Below, one piece after another: positions 1 through 12,216 of a DNA stretch of 45,310 nt (within the stretch, counting starts at the first letter, position 1; each line of letters begins with the position of its first letter). This stretch comes from Monosiga brevicollis MX1 (Eukaryota). The notes beneath the pieces are model-generated. The model was not told the DNA's origin. It searched no databases and saw only the letters and a program-made list of their open reading frames with translations. The stretch spans positions 88,269-133,578 of the forward strand of contig NW_001865087.1 of NCBI RefSeq assembly GCF_000002865.3, given 5' to 3'. The position numbers were made by a program, and so were the translations under genes.

Positions 1-404
1 CGCGAGCCAAGTTCTTGTCGTAACCGCGCGGCGAAATACGACGAGAAAGGGCTTCGGCTTCATACATATTATTTGTACACTACAAGCACTCACGAACACC
101 AAACATGTTTACACACTCGGCCCACTCGCACCCCAAATCAAAACTCTTCAACTACAAACCCAGAGATCGTGAGCACTGGCAACGGCGACCGCCAGGAATT
201 TTGACATCATCCTACAAAATCGCGCAAATAGGCCGCACTTGACCACGAGGTCTCTCTGGCCAGAGCTCACGAAACAAGCACCGAGTCGCTCAAAAGACTT
301 TATCGGGCTAAAAAGAAAAAAAAGAAAAAAACACATGGAAAGACATGACACTGCGAAACATCGCAACGATCGAACTGAAGACACGGCGCATCCGGCCCGC
401 CAAC

Positions 405-3400
405 TCAGGCGTTGGTGTCACCAGACGTTACATCAACGCCCTGCTTGATGGCCATACGAACCGCCGCGATGTCATCAAGCGAGAGCTGCAGGTTGAACAG
501 TGCGTCGCCGGAATGAGTGAGCGGGCCATGCATCTAGAACAGAGCGATAGGAAATCATCCATGCATCACAAAAAGGCGCGTACACACCTGTTTAACGGCG
601 AGGCGGATGGGCTCGGTGCCAAAACTGACAAATTTGGTCACAATTTCCTTTTGAGACAGACCATACACCGACTCGCCCATCATGCTCACAATCACATCGC
701 CCACGACCAAACCGGCGGCCTCGGCTGCACCACCGGCATCCAACTGTGTAACAGCGACTGGGGCACTTCCTGCTCATGCATGAGTTTCACACATTCAGCA
801 TACATGAGCAAACAGTGCGAATTCCCGGTCATGAGGTCGGCATGGGTCGGCGCACTAATGATATCGAAGCCACCAGGAATGGTTAGGAAGAGCGGTCCGC
901 ACAGACATACCTTTGATCACAAAGCCAAACCCTGAAGGGCCCTTTTTGAGAGTGATTTGGCGCAAGTCGGTATGCAAATCCGGAGTCTAAGGCGATTCAA
1001 TCAAAGAAGCAATTCAGGACACCATGGGACAGGGGTGAGCAGGCCACAAGGGCTGGCAGTTGGTAATTGGATGCAACCCACACACGCCTAAACACATACC
1101 TGCAGGGTCTTCATGGCTGCCTGTGCCTGGCGCTTGGCGACGGAAATCTCGTCCTCACCAGACGCAGCAGCGGCGCCCGTGGCTGGGACGTTGTCACCCC
1201 ATACTTGACGTTGTCGCTCCACGGGAGCCCCTGGACTTGACAACGCCTGCTCAATGGCTTCTCCTCGCATGTAGCCATTGCTCTTCACGCCGCCGTGCAG
1301 CGCATTAGCCCCTTCGCTGCCCAGGAGATTTTTGCGCTGCTGCCGCTGCGCCTCGATGCGACGAATCTCCTCTAGCTCCCGCTGCTGCTGCATCGAAAGT
1401 TGGCCGGGTGGGGCGCCCGGTCCACCCTGTGGGGCTGGCGCACCACGACCGAGATGCCCGTACATGCCTTGCGGTGGTGGATGCATGGGTGGGCCTTGCC
1501 TCAGGTTGGGAAAGGATCCCGGTGGCGGTTGATAGTGATAACGACCACGGCCACCGTGAGGAGGGTACTGCGCACCGTACATCCCTGGTGGCGGTCCATA
1601 ACCCGGACCGCCACCATACATCTGCTGCTGCTGTTGCAGATAGGCAGCGTAGTAGGGGTCGTAGCCAGCGGGCCCATACTGCCCATACCCGCCCGGTGGT
1701 GGTCCATAGCCTTGAGGGCCATAGCCCGGGGGCGGTGGGCCATAGCCCTGGTAAGGCGCCCCGCCCGGATAGCCACCAAGTCCGCGACCGCGAGCCATGC
1801 CAGGTGGGATAGCGCGTACTTGTGGCCCGACACCACGCCCAGCCATCATGTGTTGTGGATGGTGTGGTTGCTGCTGCTGTTGTTGTTGCGTGTACGGGGG
1901 TGGGCCTCCTTGCTGCTGTGGGAACCCATACTGTTGTTGCTGTGGATGTGGCTGTGGCTGTTGTTGCTGCCAAAAAGGAGATGCACAGGTGAGCGGCAGT
2001 AGCAGGGCTTATTCGAGCAGCGGCGCGAGTTTGCAGGCAGGGGGGGCAAAGCCGGGGTGTCACGTACTGGGCCGGGGTTCGCCCGGGGAAGGAGCGGGGG
2101 TGGTGTTTGGGCCGCGGCTTGTTCACGAATGATACGGTCATTCATGTATTCACCGTCATCCATATCTACAGCAGATGAATGGCAAGGCGGAAGTGAGACA
2201 AGTCTGTCGCGGGTGAACGCCGGCCCTACTCTTATGCGGGTAGCAGATAGCACACGTACTGAGTTTAGCTGCTGCTGCTGCGATGGCATCTTCATTGACA
2301 TAGTTGCCATTGCTGCTGGGGCCCTCGTCGTCGTGGTCAGCATCCTGGGCAGGGGTAGACGCTGTCTCTGTGGGGGCGGGTGCTTGAGCACCATCCGCTT
2401 CAGAAGCGGCAAACCCAAAGCCATCATCACCATCGCCATCGGAAGCTGGGGCGGGCATGGGCGGGGCGCCGGTGTTGACTGCGTTCTTATCCGGTAACGC
2501 TTCTGCGGGCGGCTGGCCTGGAAGGTGTGGAAGGTCTTTGCCATGCGCGGAAGCGAGGGTACTCAGCTCCTGCTGATGGGCCTGCTGCTGATTCATGTTC
2601 TCACGTAGGATGCGATCGTTCATGTAATCATCATCGCCACGAGGTAAGATGCCCGCTGCGGCTTGAGCTGCCACGTCCTCGTTGACGTATTCATGCCCAT
2701 CATCTTCAGGCTCAGCAGGGCAGCCAGCATTGATGGCACGAGCTGGGGGCTCGGGCATGGCTTCCTCTGCTTCGGAAGAGGGTGCGGGAGCCGCTTTCAC
2801 AACAGGCTCGGTTGAAGCATCCGCGGCAGGTGAAGCATCCGCGGCAGGTGGAGCGTCCGCAACAGGTGGAGCGTCCGCGGTGGGCTGGTCGCCTGTGACA
2901 GGGTGGTCGCCCGTACCAGGCACGGGCGTGGGGACGGATGGCTCGGCAGGTTGGGCGGAGGTGGGCGGAGCGCGCGCGGCGGGATCAAAGGAGGGCTGTG
3001 TAAAGCGAGGAAAAATGGTTTCTTGTGCCGGATTGGCGTGCTGGCGTAGGCGGGAGCCGACGTTGACCGCAGGCAAACGCTCATCCGGGTTCAAACACCA
3101 GCACTGCTGTAAAACCTAGAGTCGCGGCCCAGAGAGGGCGAGATGAGCAAAGAGTGGTTTGCACGGGCCGGATCATTGCGTAGCTAAGCAGGCTTGCCAA
3201 CCTCGTATGTGCCCGCAGGCATGCCCTCGAGCGGCGGTAGGTAGTGGCCCTGGCGCAACCATTCGAGCATTTTGTTCAAAGGCACGCTAGCCCAAGGCTT
3301 GACGCCAAAAGCAAAGATTTCTGGGTAGGAGTGTCGAGATGATGGCGGGTGCGAGCCATGAGCGATGGGCGTGAGCGTGGGCTGAAACGCGACAAAAGCG

Positions 3401-4640
3401 TTCGCATCATGGAGGCAAGGGCTCACCCCAGCAGGCGACGCCGAGGCTGTAGACATCGCTGTCGGGCATGGGACGGGAGCCTTCAAAGAGCTCCGGGGGC
3501 AGCCAGCGAAGGGGCTGGTTCGAGAGGGTAACATCATCATTGTGAAAGTCCTCGTAATCACTCTCGGAGACGGCCATGCCCACGCCAAAGAGACTGAGTT
3601 TGAGCTGAAATTGAGAGGTCACAAAGGCGCTACGAGCCCCAATGTCTTGAATCAGGACATCCCGGGTATGCAGGAAGGCGACGGCCTCGGCTAGCTGACA
3701 GCACAGGTTGAGTTGGTGCTGCAGTGAAAGCTGAGGCTCATCCTCGTCGTCGGCGATCCGCGAAGAGCGGAGCACGTGGAGCAGGGTGCCCTTGGAACAG
3801 GCCTCCATGAGGACAAAGGTTGGAGCTCTGCGGTTGGCAAGGAATGATTGGATACGAGAGCCCAGGCGTGGGCAAGGATGAGGGTGAGGGCTCAGAGAAA
3901 AGGCAGGCGCTTGGAGGATGCGTGGAGACTCTTATGAACAGACGTGGAAAAATGGGCGGCCACGAGCTGGAGGACGTTGGGGTGCTCCAGCTGGCGGAGG
4001 AGCAGGGCGGTCTTTTTAAAGCCGTCGGCCAGATCGGGAAGGAGAGAAATTTCCGAGCCAAACATGAGAACGGAGCGTGGAAAGGCACCACCGGCCAAGC
4101 CCCGAGCCTGCGAGGTAACGTGAGATTCACATGGGACCGGGGTGGGTTAGCTGCGGCGCTGGGCAGCGCGGCGGGCGGGCATAAGGTGCTCAAGGGAGAG
4201 GGGTGGGGTGCGCCAGGCAATGATACCTCGGCTTCAGAAACGGTACCAAAACGACCACAGCCAAGTTCGTTGGTGACGTTGACGGCAGATCGTTCAACGG
4301 AGAGGTCGCTGAACTCAGCAAGGTCTTCGGTGCCGGTTTCCATGGGAATGTAGCTGGCGTTGACGGCTTGTTGGAGCACGTTGGCACCGGTGTTCTTATT
4401 GGCGGATTTGGACGCCTTGGAGCCATCATCATCAAAGCTGCGGCCAGCGCAGACGGCACCAATCACAACCCCGGCGACGAGGACAGCCACGGCCCATACC
4501 ATGACATTTTCAGAGTCTGAGGGCGCAGAGGCGTCAGCGGAAGTGGGAGCGTTGTCCGACTGAGGCTGGTAGGGTGGCGGAAGAGCGGTGGCGGAGGCCA
4601 GGAGCAGGCAGAAAAAGGGGAGCACCAGCCGCATCGCCAT
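405..4640 (-). CDS. Single-pass receptor-like tyrosine pseudokinase with YxN-repeat tail and C-terminal PDZ domain (about 10 exons)
   Basis: Exons join in frame across GT-AG introns. Order: signal peptide MAMRLVLPFFCLLLASATA, about 27-aa ectodomain, TM VMVWAVAVLVAGVVIGAVCA, TK fold (ELGCGRFGTV, LEHPNVLQL, IQDIGARS, LSLFG, PLRWLPPE, SDVYSLGVACWEIF, CWCLNPDERL), YVNED/YMNDR x2, Q/P/G/Y-rich region, PDZ (ITLKKGPSGFGFVIKG..AAEAAGLVVGDVIVSMMG), stop at 405-407. An upstream in-frame ATG at 4817 is an alternative start. The acceptor of the last exon is ambiguous. Confidence 0.85.
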
Positions 4641-5639
4641 GATGGACCCAGCTGCTTGGGCACGTGTGCCGGCACAAGCTGCTTGGGCCATGATGGAGTC
4701 CTTGTTTTCCCCCTTGGAGAACGTGCTGGCCACAAAGGGGAAGCCAGGACCACACAGGCAGACCCCAGCGCAACCTAGAAGCGCGAGCAAAAGTCGCCAG
4801 GAGGTGGAAGGTATCATGAGCAAGCACACGCAAGCTGCAAGAAATACACGGACGCACAAATCAAGAGCTGGGACGACCAAATGCGTGAGTGTTTGTGTGG
4901 CTGTGCGCAGAGGGATTGCGAGCGAAGGCCGGAACGGGCAAGGGAAGAAGGAGGACAAGGTGCAGCCAAGGTGTTGTAGCCAGCTCAATCCAAGGATTCA
5001 AAGGCTCATGCCAAGCACCAAGCACCTCATTTGCTTGAATGCTAGCGCACACAGCATTGGAAGCAAGCGAGGCGAAGCGGGCGTTGACGGACGGAAGGAA
5101 GCGCGGGAGAAGCGGAAGGCGCGCTGCGGCCGGGGGGCGGTGCCTCGTGATTGTATGTGAAATAAGACCAGAGATGGGACGAATCAATGGATAAAAATCT
5201 GTATCATGGACCACCAGCAGACGCGCATGCTTCAATGCCTTGCAGTTCGTAAGTCGTTGAGCAGGGAGAACCGGGGAAGCAACGCATCGGGGGAGCACGA
5301 CGGCGCTGCCATTTCGGTTTTTTTTTTTTTTTTTTTTTTTGAATGCACGCACTTGTTAAGATTCGAGGTTGCGTTCTCTAAAGTGAAGTATTCCAGCTGG
5401 CATATTTGAACAGGTGTTCTCAACACTTGTTCTCGCCGAGCAGGGGCGAGGAGGAGTCGAATGTCAGATTGTTTGGATTTTGCCGGACTCGGAAACGAAA
5501 ACCAATTCGACTCCTTCACAGCCCAGGCCGCCACCGATGCCGCCGAGCCGAGCCTGCAACTACGTGGGCAAAACAGTTTTGTCCTGCGTGGTAAGCCGCA
5601 GTGATGGAGCCCAAGGGCAAGCAGCATGGCGTGGCTCTC

Positions 5640-6550
5640 TAGAAGAAGACCAAGTCAACCCTCCATCCATCCAACACCGCAACCCAAGTCACGACGACCG
5701 AGCACCGACAAAGCTGATTCTTGCCCAACACCCAACACCCAACGCCAAGCCACAACCAGGACGACGGAAATCGCTCGGCATTCGCAAGTCTGATACCAAC
5801 TCGGCAGGCGCGTCGGCTAGCATGATGCCCGAGCAGCACAAGTAATGGCTGCGTTAGCAGTACACGGCGCCCAGTGGTGTGTAACTTTTTCAGACGACTA
5901 CATTAAAAAGTTGTGCGTGAACGGTGTCCAACCCCACGATATCTGACCACACGACGAGCACATTCCACCCCTCAGCGCATATCCCACCCTGGACTGTTTC
6001 CCATCAAGCTTCGGTGCATTTTGGACGCCCCACCCCTACCCTACCTCTCGAGCCCCCAGGCTGATTATCGGCGAGCGACGGAAGCATGCATGACCGGGAC
6101 CAAGCGTGGCGTCTACTCGAGCAGCACTCGATTTGAGGCCAGGGTCCCCTTGGTGCTGCCGCCAGTGCTCCAGTGCTCGTAGCCGTGATACATGACGAGT
6201 ACACAAACACCGTGCATGCTGTGCTGAATCATGAAACAGGTAAGCTGCAGTCCACCTCAGATGACGACAAGGCAGTCATCTGTCCCCCCATGAGTACAAT
6301 TAATGGGATTCTGCTTGATCCCACGACTCGCACAAAATCCAACCATGGTGACATGATATCTGTGTCTGTGTCTGTGTCTGTGTCTGTGTCTGTGTCTGTG
6401 TCTGTGTCGGTGTCGGTGTCGGTGTCTGTGTCAGTGTCTGCGTCTGTGCAAATTTCCTTTTATTCCCGATCCGGCAAGGTGGAGGTGCAGTCCGAGCTCC
6501 CTTTGACATGCGCGCGTGAGGTGCTGGCTGAGTGCGAGCGACGCGCCTGA
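5640..6550 (+). other. Possible degraded or small spliced gene of unknown function
   Basis: Several plausible splice signals (e.g. CAG|GTAAGC at about 6240) and short coding-looking stretches, but I could not build a stop-free spliced ORF. Confidence 0.2.
6361..6447 (+). repeat. (TGTGTC)n hexamer microsatellite
   Basis: Tandem TGTGTC units with GGTGTC variants. Confidence 0.95.
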
Positions 6551-6584
6551 AAAGAAAAGTCGCTCACAGTGTTCGCTTGCAGTC

Positions 6585-7053
6585 TCTACTTGTCAGACAT
6601 TCGGTGCACAAAATACCGGTTAACGAAGCGATTTTAAGACTTTTCGTAGTTTTAAACAACATTAACTTGTATCTTTCCTTTAAACGGTTGACACTTTAAG
6701 TAGATACATTATAGCTTCTTGTAGGTCTTGACCAATAAAAGTCTGACAATTTGGGGAATCGGCGAAACACGGTTTTTCCTGCTTCAATCATACAGAAAGC
6801 AAAAGCAAACGGGAACCGCATCTTCACAGTCATTGCGTCATTCTCGCCTATTTTGGGCAGAGCGGGTCATTCAAGTGTATAGTCTGTTACACTTTTAAAA
6901 TAAATAAATAATTCTCCCGTTTTTTGATTTATCAAACCCGTTACGATTGGCTTAATAAACAGACTCTGCACCAATAAATCCAAATCTACAATCAATTTGA
7001 ACATGTTTATGCCACTAGATCTATACAGATTTGTATTTTCTCCGTTTATCGGG
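6585..7053. other. Low-GC island of unknown origin
   Basis: Hand count gives 153 G+C in 420 nt over 6601-7020 (about 36%), visibly lower than the flanking genes. Confidence 0.7.
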
Positions 7054-7598
7054 TTGCAGTCGTTGTTGCCTTGGCGCTGCACATTTTCCCTTGTTCATCA
7101 CAACCGGACGACGACAGGCGGAAGAGGTTTGGCCAAATCGTCGTGCTCCCGCCAGCCGTTCCGGTGTTTAGCCTTGGCTGCTTGCGCGTTTTCCTCGCCT
7201 GTGAGGTGGTGGTCTGGTTGTTTTGGGTTTCTGTCTGCTGCTCTGTGGCGTGGTTTGTTCGAATCCCGTTGTGAGCGCTCAGCTGGTTGACACAGACAGG
7301 CGGTTGATCGTGCATTTGGCGGCCGCGTCGTTTTCAAGTTGTGGGTGGTGAGGAGTGCAGATCCCAGACAGGCAGAGCCAGAGTCGTGCGCCTGGAGATA
7401 AGGGAAACGCTCCGCACCCCCAGCCCACTGAGAGGGGGCTCGGCTCGTTGGCAACGCATCCTTGTTCCTTTTTCCGTTTCATCTCTTGGCGTGCCATGTT
7501 TGACGCACATCTTTGCCCGCCCGGTTCTGGCCTTGGCGTTTTTGTCCATGGCGTGCCTGCCAATGGGTTTCCATTCCATAGTCGTCTCCCTCCGTTTG

Positions 7599-7601
<3 letters not shown>

Positions 7602-7639
<38 letters not shown>
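7602..7639 (+). repeat. (GT)n microsatellite
   Basis: Direct reading. Confidence 0.97.
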
Positions 7640-7642
<3 letters not shown>

Positions 7643-7854
7643 CCTCGCGGGAGGTTCTTTGAAAAGAAATCCAATAGCCATAGCATCCCTGCGCCCCCTG
7701 CTGCATCGTGTTTAGCAACAGCAGCAGCATTCACATTCGCCGCCATCAAGTCCCGCCCCCACCTCGTCCTGCCATGCCCCCTCTTGAGTGCCTCTCTGAA
7801 CCAGCCATACACACCACGCGCGCGACACTCTGTGTCAGCCCCGAGAGAGCGTTT

Positions 7855-7973
7855 TCTCTTCTCTCTCTCTCTTTTTCTCTCTCTCTCCCTCTCTTGTCTT
7901 TTGGTTCTGTGGTTATGACATTTGGTAGCAGTATCACTGAGCTGCTACTTAGTGTTGGTCTGTGTGTGTGTGT

Positions 7974-8011
<38 letters not shown>

Positions 8012-8090
8012 CTTGTCGATTTTGTTTTGTTTTGTTTTTCTGGTCACTCCTCTGCCCTCTCTCTTCCTCTCCTCTCTCTTCCTCTCTCTC
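7855..8090 (+). repeat. (CT)n/(GT)n microsatellites and CT-rich tract upstream of GSK3
   Basis: Direct reading. Confidence 0.9.
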
Positions 8091-8415
8091 TGTTTTGTTG
8101 TTGCCTTCTGGACCTTTGATGCCTGGTCTGGGATTTGGATGCCTCCCCCACACCCCCGTCCGCTTGCCGCCATCGCTTCAAGCCAACTCATCTTTTTCTT
8201 TCCGGCTGGTTGTGCCCTTTTTTTTTTTATCGACTCGCGCGCTCGCTCATTAGATTCTTTTGGATCCCCTTCCCAACCAGTGGTGCCCCATTTTCTTGCC
8301 GTTTGCCCCTTTGGCCAGCTTCAAGGCCTTTTTGGGTCTCCTGCACACGCTCGAGACGTGTGGGGAGACGAGTTTGTTTGTTTGCCTTTTTTTTTTCGAG
8401 GGGTGACCGTTGAGG

Positions 8416-10498
<2,083 letters not shown>

Positions 10499-11359
10499 GC
10501 AACGATCCGCACATACATCCTCAGCCCGAGTTTTTGAGCCGCACATTGCTGCCTTGGCTGCGGAATGTCATTGGCCTTTGATTCTCGCCATTCTCTCGAC
10601 GATCTTGGTTTTTGGGAAGGCGTTGTTGGTCACGGTGCCCCAAAAAAATTCTTTTTGTGTATTGTGAACTTGTTCCGTTTTGCTTCCTCTCTTGACTTGA
10701 AGCTTCAGAAATGCCGTGTTCAATGTTGCTTAACTGCCTCTTTGTTCCCCTTGTTGTGTCGTAATCCCCCGTGCCTCTTTGTCTCACTCACAAGCGCTTG
10801 ACGTTTTCTACGCAACCAGTCAAGCCGGAGGAGGAAGAGGAAGGTGTTTGCATGCGAATGCTTGTCAACGGCGCGTGCAAAACCTGTGTGCCGATGTGCG
10901 GTGCGTTCCGCGCACGAGCCAGTCTAGTCGAGATGACAAGCCCTTGCCCGGCACACCTGGATGCGCTGCATCTCAAGCCATGCTTGATTTGCCCGACTGG
11001 TGGTGGTGGTGGTGGTGGTGATCAAATTGATGGACTCGGTTCAAGTCGGGATCAATGCATGTCAAGGCTATGCCCATGGGCGAGCCTGCAGGCAGGGAAT
11101 CACCACTTCAAGCCCCGTATGAAACTTTTAACATTAAAAAAAAAACGCATTCGGAAGGACTGAACTCGGTGACACAGAGACGCGCGTGCAGGCCTCTGGC
11201 TGAAGGTCACGTCGTTGCACTCGTTCGCTCCGTGTTCCTTCTGATCACACACTCTTGGTCCCCTTGGCAGTTGGGCGGGCGCCTCAAGGACGTTTGCCAA
11301 CGTCGTTGCCCTGCAGCTCAAGTCCCCCCGTAGCACGACAAGCCAGCTCGTCTCGTCTC

Positions 11360-11437
<78 letters not shown>
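11360..11437 (+). repeat. (CT)n microsatellite upstream of ABCG gene
   Basis: Direct reading. Confidence 0.97.
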
Positions 11438-11442
<5 letters not shown>

Positions 11443-12216
11443 TTCGGTCAAGATTCGCGAAAGGGCATTGCGTAACACGTGCCACACCATGAGCAGGACT
11501 TTACCACACGTGCTTGTCACCTTAAAAGGTGAATAATGTGAATAACTTCACACACGTGATGCAGTTGTACCACACGTTGACTTGTTTCGGCTCCGAAACC
11601 GTCAAACGACGATCATCTCACATCATTCTCACACACCCTGACTTGTGCGTCTCTCTGCCTGACTACAAACTAAAACTACATCTCTCTATTCAAACTCACT
11701 TTCTGCACCCTTTCTCTGGTTTTACCACTGCTTCAACATGGAAAAAAGCTTCTCCAAAGACCATTTCTCTGCTCAATTACCCCAGAACCACACACACCTC
11801 TACTCAGCCCCAACCCCTCACCCCATCTCTCTGCCATCTTGCCTCCTCTTTCCCGCCCTCGTGTCGTCGTGACCCGCGTCGCTGCCATTTTTCTCCTCCT
11901 GCTGCTCCCTGCTGCTCCCTGCCCCCTTCTTCCCTCTCTCTCTCTTCTCTCTCTTCTCTCCCTTCTCTCCCTTCTCCTTTCTCCCTTCTCCCTTCTCCGT
12001 CTTGATCTCCAGGAACGATTTTATTATTGGCACATGGTGTGCCAGCTGCCGACTTGACGACGCGAGCGCCTGAACAAGAAAGACTCTCCCCGTTACTCCT
12101 CCTCCTTCTTCTTCTGCGGTACAGCTGAGCCCGTTTTGCATTTGCAGATCAACAACACCGGTCAGACGCTCTGGCAGCAGCAGCAGCAGCAGCAAAGTAC
12201 TCCTAGACCGTCAAAC

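Noticed and set aside
4641..4817. Second signal-peptide-like segment upstream and in frame with the pseudokinase
   Set aside because: The ATG at 4640 already gives a clean signal peptide; use of the upstream ATG cannot be judged without 5' RACE.
5894..6092. Spliced peptide DYIKKLLIIGE resembling a Rab GTPase N-terminus
   Set aside because: No GxxxxGKS follows, and stops lie on both sides.
6173..6250. AVLNHETGKL, reminiscent of a copia-type retroelement linker
   Set aside because: No RT, integrase or LTR nearby, and the motif ends at a splice-donor-like site.
6585..7053. Mitochondrial insertion (NUMT) explanation for the low-GC island
   Set aside because: No recognisable mitochondrial gene, and it is less AT-rich than expected for choanoflagellate mtDNA; it cannot be supported without a search.
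7257..7267. GTTCGAATCCC, resembling a tRNA T-loop/B-box
   Set aside because: The flanks cannot form the T-stem or a cloverleaf.
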